NCBI GenBank assembly: GCA_030390025.1
Contig: CM059431.1
Coordinates: 150,352,001 to 150,416,000, forward strand
Length of the DNA: 64,000 nucleotides
From: Squalus acanthias
Taxonomy: Eukaryota
Direction: 5' to 3'
Shown here: positions 11,931 to 23,249 of the stretch, one piece after another
Numbering within the stretch: position 1 is the stretch's first letter
Layout of the letters: each line of letters starts with the position of its first letter
Made by a program: the position numbers and the translations under genes
Notes under the pieces: generated by a model
The model's database searches: none
Told to the model about the DNA's origin: nothing
Seen by the model: the letters and a program-made list of their open reading frames with translations, nothing else

Positions 11931-12997
11931 GTTAGCAATGAGAGAATCTCCCAGAATTCACAATTTAAACCCAGACAAAATCTATTCACATTATTCCCTA
12001 CAACAAAGAGCACAGCCAAGACAATGAGATGTGTCCCAGGGGGTCCAACGTGTCAAACCACCTGCTGGCTGCATATCCTGTCAATTTGTGTTCTTGTGTT
12101 AGTCTTTTAAAAAAAAAACACCTGGGAATTCCGGCCATGATGTCAAGTCACGTTCTGTATCGTGACATGAACCCGATATCGCGATTGAGGCCATCCTCAT
12201 GAGTGCGGAACTTGGCTATCAGTTTCTGCTCTATGATTTTGCGCTGTCGTGTATCTCGAAGGCCGCCTTGGAGAACGCTTACCCGCAGATCCGAGGCTGA
12301 ATGCCCCTGGCTGCTGAAGTGTTCCCCGACTGGGAGGCAACCCTCCTGCCTGGCGATTGTTGCGCGGTGTCCGTTCATACGTTGTCTCAGTGTCTGCATG
12401 GTCTCGCCGATGTACCATGCTCTGGAGCATCCTTTACTGCAACGTATCAGGTAGACAACGTTGGCCGAGTCACATGAGTATGTACCGTGTACCTGGTGAG
12501 TAGTGTCCTCACGTGTAATGATGGTATCTGTGTCCATGATTTGGCATGTCTTGCAGAGGTTGCCGTGGCAGGGTTGTGTGGTGTCTTGGTTGCTGTTCTC
12601 CTGAAAGATGGGTAATCTGCTGCGAACGATGGTACTTTTGAGGTTAGGCGGCTGCTTGAAGGCGAGTAGTGGAGGCGTGGGGATGGCCTTAGCAAGGTGT
12701 TCGTCGTCATCGATGACATGTTGAAGGCTGCGAAGAACATGGCGTAGTTTTTCCGCTCCGGGGAAGTACTGGACGACGTAGGGTACTCTGTTGGTTGTGT
12801 CCCGTGTTCGTCTTCTGAGGAGGTCTATGCGGTTTTTCGCTGTGGCCCGTCTGAACCAGCCAGCAGGTGGTTTGACACGTTGGACCCCCTGGGACACATC
12901 TCATTGTCTTGGCTGTGCTCTTTGTTGTAGGGAATAATGTGAATAGATTTTGTCTGGGTTTAAATTGTGAATTCTGGGAGATTCTCTCATTGCTAAC

Positions 12998-13036
12998 TTA
13001 CCTGACGAAGGAGCGAACTGCTTCGAAAGCTTGTAA
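12998..13036 (+). ncRNA. Minimal hammerhead ribozyme motif (Penelope arm)
   Basis: TTAC-CTGACGA-A-GGAGC-GAACT-GCTTC-GAA-AGCT-T-GTAA: CUGANGA and GAAA cores, 5-bp stem II, palindromic AGCU stem III, TTAC/GTAA stem I. Confidence 0.8.
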
Positions 13037-14321
13037 AATTAAATAAATCTGTTGGACTATAACCTGGTGTTGTGCGACTTCTCATTTTTATTTTTTTACG
13101 GCCTTGCTAACCTGTGGCGCAACTTTGCGATTTGTGTATTTCTGCTCCCAGATCCCTTTGTTCCTCTACCCCACCGAGACTCGCACCCTCCAAGTGATGT
13201 GACCTCCCTATTCTTCCTACCAAAATGTAATACCTTACATTTATCTGTGTTGAACTTTATTTGCCAATTATTTGCCCATTCTGCAGGTTTATTAATATCC
13301 TCCTGTAATTTGTTGCAATCCTCCTCAATATTGACTATCCCCCCCTAATTTGGTATCATCCGCAAATTTAGAAATTGTGCTTTTGATTCTAAAGTCTAAA
13401 TCGTTACTGTAAATTGTAAACAGCAGTGGTCCCAGCACTGATCCTTGTGGAACACCACTACCCACCTTCTGCCACTGTGAATAGCTACCCTTTACTCCTA
13501 CTCTCTGCTCTGTCCTGAAGCCAGCTACCAATCCATTCTGCTACTAGTCCCCTGACTCCGCATTCTTTGACCTTGTTCATCAGTCTATTATGGGGTACCT
13601 TATCGAAGGCCTTTTGAAAATCTAGATAAATTACATCTAATACATTACCATTGTCTACTCTCTCTGTTACCTCTTCAAAAAATTCAATAAGGTTGGTCAA
13701 GCAAGATTTTCCCTTCTGAAATCCATGCTGACTATTCATTATTATACTTTTCATTTCTCGATGTTCTTCTATTCTCTCCTTTAGTAGGGATTCCATTATT
13801 TTTCCTACCACCGATGTTAAGCTGACTGGTCTATAATTCCCTGGACATGTTCTATCCCCCTTCTTAAATATAGTTAGTACGTTAGCTATCTGGCAGTCCT
13901 CTGGCACTACACCTTTTTCTAACGAATTATTAAATATATGTAGTAATGCCTCTGCTATCTCTTCCCTAGATTCTTTTAAAATGTGTAGATGCAATCCATC
14001 TGGATATGGGGTTTTATCCTCTTTGAGTTTGATTAGTTTATTCAATATATCCCCTTTTTTATTTTAAATGCACTTATCCCATTACTCATCTCATCATCCA
14101 ATGTCTTGTCCACCTGTTCTATCTCCCTGGTAAATACCAAAGCAAAATGATTTAACATTTCTGCCATCTCCCTATTGTCCTGTCTATCCCTTAATGGCCC
14201 TATTCCCATCCCAACCTTTTTTAATTGATGTGCCAGTAAAATATTTTACTATTTTGTTTTATGTTCCTTGATAATTTAATTTCATAGTTCCTTTGTCTTC
14301 CTAATTGATTTTTTGACTTCT

Positions 14322-14594
14322 AGAAACATAGAATCTAGGAGCAGGAGTAGGCCATTCGGCCCGTCGAGCCTGCTCCGCCATTCAATACGATCATGGCTGA
14401 TCATCCAAATCCAGTACCCTGTCCCTGCTTTAATCCCCACAGTACACATATCCCACCCTACCCCCGTAACCCCACGTATTTAATTCCCCCTAACATATCC
14501 CATCCTATCCCCATAACCCCACATATTTAATCCCCCCTAACACTAAGGGTCAATTTATCATAGCCAAATCAACCTAACCCACACATTTTTGGAC
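14322..14594 (-). mobile_element. CR1 3' tail plus V-SINE/HE1-like fragment with a short internal duplication
   Basis: CR1 hairpin tail 14322-14430; cactaagggtcaatttatcatagccaaatcaacctaacccacacatttttggac resembles the V-SINE core as I recall it; about 57-bp duplication of acatatccca.cct.cccc.taacccca. Confidence 0.55.
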
Positions 14595-14954
14595 ATTAGG
14601 ATTCTCTCCTAATCTCTTTGTATTCTCTCTTATCATGCACTCCTCTGCTGTCTATGTACTTAATGTATGCCTCTTTCCTTACCCTCAATTGTTCCCTTAT
14701 GTCTTTATTCATCCATGGAGTCTCATTAGTGTTTAGTTTGTTCTTTCCTTTTAGCGGAATATATTTTTCTTGCACTCTGTTGAACACCGTTTTAACTGTT
14801 TCCCACTGTCGTTCTACATCGTTGTTTGCCAATCTTGTTGCCCATTTTATCTTCCCAAGTTCTATTCTCAGCCCCTCAAAATCAGCTTTTCTTCAATCTA
14901 TTAACCTGGTTTTTGTCATACTTATGTCCTTCTCCATTATCTTAAAGCGTATTA

Positions 14955-15205
14955 GAATCCTCGCGCTCTCTACGCTCCTCCAATTCTGGCCTCTTGCGCA
15001 TCCCCGATTTTCATCGCTCCACCATTGGCTGCCTGGGCCCTAAGCTCTGGAATTCCCTCCCTAAACCTCTCCGCCCCTCTCCTCCTTTTTAAGGCACTCC
15101 TTAAAACCTACCTCTTTGACCAAGCTTTTGGTCATCTCCTAATATCTCCTTATGTGGCTCGGTGTCAAATTTTGTTGGATAAAAGCGCTACATAAATGCA
15201 AGTTA
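14955..15205 (+). mobile_element. L2 LINE 3' tail
   Basis: Same tail as 46500-46807. Confidence 0.75.
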
Positions 15206-16226
15206 ATGTCTGAGGCCATGTACAAACAAACATAGTACTGGGGTTCATTTCCAGAGATGGAATTGAAAAGCAGAGAAGTTATGTTGAACTTGTATCGAAC
15301 CTTGTTTAGATCACACTGGAATATGGTGCACAGTTCTGGCCTCCATATTATAAAAACGATATTGAGGCACTGAAGGTGCAAAAAAGACTTGCTGGAATGA
15401 TACCAGAACTGAGAGGATATACCGATCAGGAAAGGCTGAACAGGCTGGGGCTCTTTTCTCCAGAGAAGGCTGAAGGGTGACCTGATAGAGGCCTCTCAGA
15501 TGATTAAATGTTTTCGAAAGGGTAGACGTAGAGAAGATGATTCCACTTGTGGGAGAGACCAGAACTAGGGCCCCATAAATACAAGATAGTCACTAATTAA
15601 TCCAACAGGGAATTCAGGAGAAACTTCTTTACCCAGAGAGTGGGGAGAATGTGGAACTCGCTACCACAGGGAGTGGTTGAGGCCAATAGCAGAGATGAAC
15701 CTAAGGGGAAGCTGGATAAACACATGAGGGAGAAAGGAATAGAAGGATATGCTGATGGCGTGAGATGAAGTAGTGTGGGAGGAGGCTCGTGTGGAGCATA
15801 AACATGGGCCAAATGGTCTGTTTCTGTGCTGTAAATAAGAACATAAGAAATAGGAGCAGGAATAGGCCACTTGGCCCCTCGAGCTTGCTCCGCCATTCAA
15901 TAAGATCGTGGCTGATCTTGGGCTCAAAGCCATTTCCCTGCCCATAACCCTTCACTCCCTTATCTTGCAAAAATCTGTCTATCTCCACCGTAAATGTATT
16001 TCATGACCCAGCCTCCACAGCTCTCTGGGGCAGAGAATTCCACAGATTTACGACCCTCTGAGAAGAAATTCCTCCTCATTTCAGTTCTAAAAGGGCGACC
16101 CTTTATTACTGAAACTATGCACCCCGAGTTCTAGATTCCCCCACGAAGGGGAAACATCCTCTCTGCATCTACCTTGTTGAGCCCCCTCAGTATCTTCTAT
16201 GTTTCAATAAGATCACCTCTCATTCA
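15206..16226. mobile_element. Two tail-to-tail CR1 3' ends (+ about 15206-15835; - about 15836-16226)
   Basis: Degenerate NREFRRNFFTQRV..MWNSLP on +; terminal hairpin and aagaacataag tail on -. Confidence 0.8.
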
Positions 16227-16554
16227 AACATTTTGTTCGTGTCGGGTCGCTGGGCCAGTTTGATAAGAGGCGAGCGATGTCGAGAATCTCCAAGCTCGGG
16301 GCAAAGTGGAATAAGCTGCACGCGCTGCCTGAGCCCATGCTCAGTTCCCTGGTTTTCCCCACTGAGCTTCTCCGCCGGATCGAGGGGTGGGGGCTTCACT
16401 CATTACAATGTTCCCACATAACTCTTTCTACAGAGCGCACAGTCGCTCCAGTGGGTTCCAATGACGTGGCTGCGTGAAATTTGAATGGCTGGGCTGGCGC
16501 GAATCCAGCAGCAGTATGACTTGCACACGAGCAGAGCGAAGGGGATATCGAACA

Positions 16555-16950
16555 AAGACTTGGATTTATACAGCGCCTTTCACCAGCTCCGGACGTCTCA
16601 AAGCGCCTTGCGTCCGCTGAAGTACTTTCGAAGTGTAGTCACTGTTGTAATGTAGGCAACGTGGCGGCCGATTTGCATAAGCCAAGCACCGAGACAATGA
16701 CCAGATCATGAGGGGTAAATCTTGGGCCCAAGACGTTGGTGAGAAAGCCCCTGCTCTTCCAATAGTGGCCGCGAGATCTTTAATGTACACCTGATAGGGC
16801 AGAGGGGGGCCTCTGTTTGATGTCTCATCTGAAAGATGACACATCCAATGGTGCGGCCCCCCCTCGGTGCTGCCCCTCTGGTGGTGTGCGCCTCCCCCCT
16901 CGGTGCTACCCCTCCGACGGCGCGCCCCCCCCCTCCCTCCTCGGTACCCC
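16555..16950 (-). mobile_element. Deu-domain SINE fragment with a few degenerate 33-bp units
   Basis: gtctcatctgaaagatgacac Deu-like core; ccctcggtgctgcccctc units. Confidence 0.7.
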
Positions 16951-17234
16951 CCCCCCCCCCCCCCCCCCCCCCCCTCAGTTTACCAAGTGCCTTGGGACAT
17001 TTGAAAGCACTGGAGAAATGCAAGTTGTTGGAAATGATGGGATGTTTGGATGGGAAACGGTGACGTAATCCGGTCAGCGAATTGCTAACAATGGACCCTG
17101 GATTAATACTAATGCATAAAGGGCTACAGGAGAGCTTGTGTGTGCAAACAGCTCATCGAACGTCGTCCCACAAGGAGACGTTGCAGAGTCACTCGCACAT
17201 AAGCAGGGGCTCAGGAGTAAGTTTGGGAGTAAGG

Positions 17235-17780
17235 AATGTGTGAACAGGAGGAGGCCGTTCAGCCCCTCCAGCCTGTTGCACCATTCCATGAGACCATGGC
17301 TCTGTGACCTCGCTCCACCCACCTATCTCGGACTCTGTATCCCTTGGCTAGCAAAAATCTATCGATCTGCGATTTAAAATGATTAATTGAGCTCGCAGCT
17401 GCTATTTTTCCTGGGAGTGAGTTCCACACTTCTACCACCCTTTGTGTGAAGTGTTTTCTAACTTCTCTCCTGAATGGTCTGGCTCTGATTTTAAGGATAT
17501 GTCCCCCTATCCTAGACTCTCCCAAACCAGAGGGAAAAGTTTCTCTCTCTCTCCCCTATCAGTTCCTTTCAAAATCTTAAACACCTCAATCTAATCACCC
17601 CTTAACCTTCTATACTCCAGCCAATACAAACCTAGTTTATGTAATCTCTCCTCATAATCTCACCCTTGGAGCCCTGGTAACATTCTGGTGAACCTGCGCT
17701 GCACTCCTTCCAAGGCCAATCTATCGTTTCTAAAGTGTGGAGCACAGTACTGTACAAAGCCCTGGTCAGACCACCTCTGT
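17235..17780 (-). mobile_element. CR1 3' end (same family as 34935-35270 and 57880-58360)
   Basis: ORF 17259-17525 (LKIRARPFRREVRKHFTQRVVEVWNSLP); single tail unit aacaggaggaggccgttcagcccc. Confidence 0.8.
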
Positions 17781-17846
17781 TCATTCTTCACCCGCCCCTT
17801 CACCTAGGGGTGGGGGTGTTGGGGGTAGTCACTGTCCTGCGCAGCC

Positions 17847-18640
17847 GTGTGTGACTGTCCCTTTAATAATCCCGGGCGGCTGAATGTGTGACTGTCCCTT
17901 TTAATAATCCCGGGCGGCCGAGTGTGCGACTGTCCCTTTAATAATCCCGGGCGGCCGAGTGTGTGACTGTCCCTTTAATAATCCCGGGCGGCTGAATGTG
18001 CAACTGTCCCTTTTAATAATCCCGGGCGGCCGAGTGTGCGACTGTCCCTTTAATAATCCCGGGTGTGTGACTGTCCCTTTAATAATCCCGGGCAGCCGAG
18101 TGTGTGACTGTCCCTTTAATAATCCCGGGCGGCCGAGTGTGCGACTGTCCCTTTAATAATCCCGGGCGGCCGAGTGTGCGACTGTCCCTTTTAATAATCC
18201 TGGGCGGCCGAGTGTGCGACTGTCCCTTTTAATAATCCCGGGCGGCCGAGTGTGTGACTGTCCCTTTAATAATCCCGGGCGGCCGAGTGTGCGACTGTCC
18301 CTTTAATAATCCCGGGTGTGTGACTGTCCCTTTAATAATCCCGGGCGGCCGAGTGTGTGACTGTCCCTTTAATAATCCCGGGCGGCCGAGTGTGCGACTG
18401 TCCCTTTAATAATCCCTGGCGGCCGAGTGTGCGACTGTCCCTTTAATAATCCCGGGCGGCCGAGTGTGCGACTGTCCCTTTAATAATCCCGGGCGGCCGA
18501 GTGTGCGACTGTCCCTTTAATAATCCTGGGCGGCCGAGTGTGCGACTGTCCCTTTAATAATCCCGGGCGGCCGAGTGTGCGACTGTCCCTTTAATAATCC
18601 CGGGCGGCCGAGTGTGCGACTGTCCCTTTTAATAATCCCA
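17847..18640. repeat. 37-bp minisatellite (about 22 units)
   Basis: Unit gtgtgcgactgtccctttaataatcccgggcggccga, with some shortened units. Confidence 0.95.
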
Positions 18641-19129
18641 GTGGGGTTGGTCTGTATTCCTGCTCACCTGTGCCTTTAACAATCGGTGGTTGGGGGGGCT
18701 CCCAGCTTGTGTGTTTATTCTGTTTGAAAACACTGAGCCTTTCCTGCAGTGTGAAGTCTGGTGTGTGTGTGCCTGTCCCTGGACCAGCAGCGCGACTCTC
18801 TCTTTGACCGCGGGTGCCTGTGAGCAGACGGGCTGGCAGCTGGTGGCAGAAAGCGGCCGGTGTCTCTTTCGCAGATCAAGTTCCGCTCTCCTGCATAATT
18901 TACATTCCTGCCCTGCGATCCAGGGCCCCTCCAGTCGGGTGGGAGGGGGGGAAGGGAGGCTGCTGTGGCCGGGGTGGGCGTGTGCGATTACATGTTGTTT
19001 GTAAGCCTGAATTATTTAGAGCTTCCAAATGAAGTGCGCTGGCTTTCCCCCCCCCCAACCAACCAGTGACAGCGTATCTTCCTGAGTTGAGAGTGAGGTC
19101 CCTACTGCTGCGTTTCGAATTACCGAGAA

Positions 19130-19920
19130 TATCCAGCACAGAAACAGGCCATTTGGCCCAACCAGTCCATGCTCCACTCCAGCCTCAACTAACTCTATCA
19201 GCACAACCCTCTATTCCCTTCTCCCTCCTAGGCTTGTCCAGCCTCCCCTTAAATGCATCGATACTATTCGCTTCAACCACTCCCTGTGGTAGCGAGTTCC
19301 ACGTTCTCGCCACTCTCTGGGTAAAGAAGCTTTTCCTGAATTCCTTATTGGATTTATTAGTGACTATCTCATGGCCTGTAGTTTTGCTCTTCCCCCACAA
19401 GTGGAAACACACTCACTGTCGCTTCCATCAAAACCTTTCATTATTTTAAAGACCTCTATTCGCTCACCCCTCAGCCTTCTCTTTTACCCAAGAACATAAG
19501 ATGTTAGGAGCAGGTCATTCAGCCCCTCGAGCCTGCTCCGCCATTTAATAAGATCATGGCCGATCTGATCTTGGCCTCAACTCCACTTCCCTGCCCGCTC
19601 CCCATAACCCTCGACTCTCTTTTCAAAGAGCCCCAGTCTGTTCATCTGAAGTAAAGGGAATTAAGGGTTACGGGGAGCGGGCAGGAATTTGGACATGAGT
19701 CTAGGTTCGGATCGGTCATGGCCCTGTGGGTAGCGTAGCGGGCCCAGGGGCTGTGTAGCCTGATCCTGCTCCTATTTCGTGTGTCCAATTCTGTTAGGTT
19801 CAGGAGATGGCTCTGTGATAGTAGATTGGCGGTTAGGATCATATCAGCCATGATCTTATTGAATGGCGGAGCAGGCTCAAGGGGCCAATTGGCCTACTCC
19901 TGCTCCTGTTTCTTATGTTC
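19130..19920. mobile_element. CR1 3' fragments (- about 19130-19620; + about 19641-19920 with doubled tail)
   Basis: ORF 19185-19412 (FRKSFFTQRVARTWNSLP); terminal hairpins. Confidence 0.8.
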
Positions 19921-20106
19921 ATCCTTTCCTGATGGGTATAACCTCACAGTTCTGTCCATTTTGTCCAGCGTGTTTGTGCCAGCTTTGTTGGCTGTCTTCC
20001 ACCAGTCTGGAACGGTGCTCGTGCTGCACGTGTCTGACTTGCGTGACGTGAGCGAGCTGTTGGACTGTGGTGGGGTGGGGGTCGGGGTGTGGGAGGGCGT
20101 TGCACC

Positions 20107-20142
<36 letters not shown>

Positions 20143-20189
20143 CCCCACCACCCTCCCCCCTCACATCTGCACAGGTGTAAGACCCCCAA

Positions 20190-20944
20190 CTACTGCCACC
20201 TTGCAAACTTGCGCTCATCCAAACCGCTGCCCAAATCCTAACTCGCACCAAGTCCCATTCACCCATCACCGCCCCCCTGTGCTGGCTGACCGACGTTGGC
20301 TCCCGCTCCACCAATGCCTCAAATTTCATCATTTTCCATCCTCGTGTTCAAACCCTCCATCTCTACAACCTCCTCCAGTCCTACAACCCTCCGAGATCCC
20401 CCATCTCTACAACCTCCTCCAGTCCTACAACCCTCCGAGATCCCCCATCTCTACAACCTCCTCCAGTCCTACAACCCTCCGAGATCTCTGCCATTCTCCA
20501 ATTCTGGCCTCTTGTTTTCATATCTCTCTCTCTCTTTCTTTCTTTCTCTCTTTCTTTCTCTTTCTCTCTCTCTCTCTCTCCTCTCCTCTCCTCTCCTCTC
20601 CTCTCCTCTCTCTCTCCTCTCTCTCTCTCCTTTCTCTCTCTCTCCTCTCTCTCTCTCTTCTTTCTCTCTCTCTCCTCTCTCTCTCTCTCTTTCTCACTCT
20701 CTCTCTTTCTCTCTCTCTCTCTCTCTTTCTCTCCTTTCTTTCTCTCTCTTTCTCTCTCTCCTTTCTCTCTCTCCTTTCTCTCTCTCCTTTCTCTCTCTCC
20801 TTTCTCTCCTTTCTCTCTCTCCTTTCTCTCTCTCCTTTCTCTCTCTCCTTTCTCTCTCTCCTTTCTCTCTCTCCTTTCTCTCTCTCCTTTCTCTCTCTCC
20901 TTTCTCTCTCTCTCTTTCTCTCTCTCTCTTTCTCTCTCTCTCTT

Positions 20945-20975
<31 letters not shown>

Positions 20976-21175
20976 TTCTCTCTCCGCTCTCTTTCGCTCG
21001 CTCTCGCTCTCTCTCGCTCTCTCTGATTAAACCTTCCTCTTTTGACCAAGCTATTGGTCACCTGCCCTGATATCTCCTTATGTGGCTCGGTGTCGAATTC
21101 TGTTTGGTCAGCGCTCGTGTGAAGCGCCTTGGGCCGATTTTACTCCATTAAGGGTGCTGTATAAATGCAAGTTGT
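20190..21175 (+). mobile_element. L2 3' fragment containing short tandem units and a (CT)/(CTTT) microsatellite (about 20520-21025)
   Basis: cctaactcgcaccaagtcccattcacccatc matches the L2 at 46330; the tail resumes after the microsatellite. Confidence 0.8.
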
Positions 21176-21439
21176 TCAATCTCCTTCTCTTTGGGCAGGG
21201 TTTGAACCCGAGTTCTGTAGGCCGTGCTGTTGCGGGTGCTAGTGTTTTGAGTTGGAGGTGCAGCCAGAGAGCTGTCACATTCCTTGCGGGAACGCTCCAT
21301 TCCAGCCAGCTGAGTCACTGCCCTGTCCTTCCCCTCTGCTGTGTGGAATCCCTGGCACAAACGCCACTTCCCCTCACCCTCCCTACAGCTGCAGATCTCG
21401 TACCAGCCGGTTACAAGGCTGATGTAGACCGGTTGGATC

Positions 21440-22072
21440 TTCAGCCCCTCGAGCCTGTTGCACAGGAACAGGAGACCGCCATTCAGCTCCCTCGAGCCGG
21501 TTACCGTAGGAACAGGAGGAGGCCTTTCAGCCCCTCGAGCCTGTTGCATAGGAACAGGAGACCACCATTCAGCCCCCTCGAGCCTGTTGCACAGGAACAG
21601 GAGGAGGCCGTTCAGCCCCTCGAGCCTGTTGCACAGGAACAGGAGGAGGCCGTTCAGCCCCTCGAGCCTGTTGCACAGGAACAGGAGGAGGCCTTTCAGC
21701 CCCTCGAGCCTGTTGCACAGGAACAGGAGGAGGCCTTTCAGCCCCTCGAGCCTGTTGTACAGGAACAGGAGGAGGCCATTCAGCCCCTCGAGCCTGTTGC
21801 ACAGGAACAGGAGGAGGCCATTCAGCCCCTCAAGCCTGTTGTACAGGAACAGGAGGAGGCCTTTCAGCCTCGAGCCTGTTGCGCAGGAGACCGCCATTCA
21901 GCCCCCTCGACCCGGTTACCATAGGAACAGGAGGAGGCCTTTCAGCCCCTCGAGCCTGTTGCATTGGAACAGGAGGTCGTCATTCAGCCCCCTCTAGTCT
22001 GTTTTATAGGAACAGGAGACCACCATTCAGCCCCCTCGAGCTGGTTACCATAGGAACAGGAGGAGGCCATTC
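21440..22072 (-). repeat. 42-43-bp minisatellite derived from the CR1 terminal hairpin (about 15 units)
   Basis: Unit cagcccctcgagcctgttgcacaggaacaggaggaggccatt, the reverse complement of the arrays at 35.3 and 58.4 kb. Confidence 0.92.
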
Positions 22073-22389
22073 TGCGTTTGCCCGATCGGGTAATTAACCG
22101 GCATGCCAGTATTTCAGATGAAGGCTTGTCGTCAAAAATTGGACTTCCTGTCGGGAGCACCCGACTGACCGATTGACGCCCCACCCGGTATTATACAGAG
22201 GCCTTCAGAGCAGGTATTTTAACCCACTCCCAGGCGGGAGGGGATGAACTGGCCAGAGTTACAGCTCCTCGCGCCACTCCAGTGATCCCTGCCGGGAGGG
22301 GTGCAGGTGAGCGGGCAGGATCAGGTTCGGCTGGGACACCTTCACGCTGTCGAATAGCTAGGGGGGGGGCGGTGGGGGAGCGAATGTGG

Positions 22390-22935
22390 AATTACATCGA
22401 GTCTACAGCGCACAAACAGGCCTTTGGGCCCAACAGATCGGTGCCAGTGTTTATGCTCCACATGAACCTTCTCCCATCCCTATACATCTAACCCCATCAT
22501 ATCCTTCTATTCCTTTCTCCCTCATGTGCTAATCTAGCTTCCCCTTAAATGCCTCTGCTATTCACCTCAACCACTCCCTGTGGTAGCGAGTTCCACATTC
22601 TCCCCATTCTCTGAGTAAAGAAGTTTCTCCTGAATTCCCGATTGGATTTATTAGTGACTGTCTTATATTGATGGCCCCTAGGTCTGGTCTCCCCCACAAC
22701 TGGAAACATCTTCTCTACGTCTACCCTATCGAAACCTTTTCATAATCTTAAAGAGCTCTATCAGGTTGCCCCTCAGTCTTTTTTTTCTCAAGAGAAAAGA
22801 GCCCCAGCCTGTTCAATCTTTCCTGATGGGTATAATCTCTCAATTCAGGTATCATTCTAGTAAATCTCTTTGTCACCATCGCAAGTGCCTCTATATCCTT
22901 TTTTGTAATATGGAGACCAGAACTGTGCACAGTGC
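22390..22935 (-). mobile_element. CR1 3' end
   Basis: KDIEAL..KRFTRMIPELR...[11 protein letters not shown] fragment; same family as 41041-41697. Confidence 0.8.
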
Positions 22936-23043
22936 TCTGTGAGCTGACCGATCGGGGACAGCCTTCTCGCTTGCCTTACCCCCCCCACCCCCTCTCCCTG
23001 TGTGCAATGTGTCTGAAACAATCCACATCAAGACTTCAACAGT

Positions 23044-23161
23044 AATACGATAGCAAAATACTGCGGATGAAAGGTCATCGACCTGAAACGTTAACTCTCT
23101 TTCTCTCTCCACGGATGCTGCCTGGCCTGCTGAGTTTTTCCAACGTTTTCTGTTGTTATTT
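23044..23161. mobile_element. 118-bp Penelope-terminus insertion with internal inversion; 14-bp TSD
   Basis: TSD aagacttcaacagt at 23030-23043 and 23162-23175. The left part matches 38308-38329 directly; the right part matches about 38341-38435 in reverse. Confidence 0.8.
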
Positions 23162-23249
23162 AAGACTTCAACAGTGTCTGGGTTTAACCGTCTTCCTATA
23201 CTTTGGGCAGTTGGTAGTTTGTTAGCCTGTCTACTCTGGGCTATCTCAC

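Larger units (their letters stand above)
11806..13089 (-). mobile_element. Penelope-like element, 5'-truncated: GIY-YIG endonuclease region between 233-bp inverted arms; 15-bp TSD
   Basis: ORF 12148-12897 (PC..NLCKTC, YSCDSANVVYLIRC, YIGET, RMNGHR, VGEHF, EQKLIAKF, GLN) is a PLE GIY-YIG domain. Arms 11839-12071 and 12857-13089 are reverse complements. TSD ttttatttttttacg at 11791-11805 and 13086-13100. Confidence 0.93.
11175..14950 (-). mobile_element. CR1 ORF2 remnant (RT and C-terminus), interrupted by a Penelope element and a short SINE/CR1-tail insert
   Basis: ORFs 13485-14045 (NYRPVSLTSVVGK, QHGF, YLDFQKAFDKVPH), 13325-13531 (GVPQGSVLGPLLF, FADD), 11289-11537 and 14596-14832. Confidence 0.88.

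Noticed and set aside
11839..13089. DNA transposon with terminal inverted repeats
   Set aside because: The enclosed ORF is a Penelope GIY-YIG domain, one arm extends further than the other, and the arms contain hammerheads; this fits an inverted PLE terminus.
17847..18640. CRISPR-like appearance of the 27-43-bp arrays
   Set aside because: Units are contiguous with no unique spacers, there are no cas genes, and the context is vertebrate.
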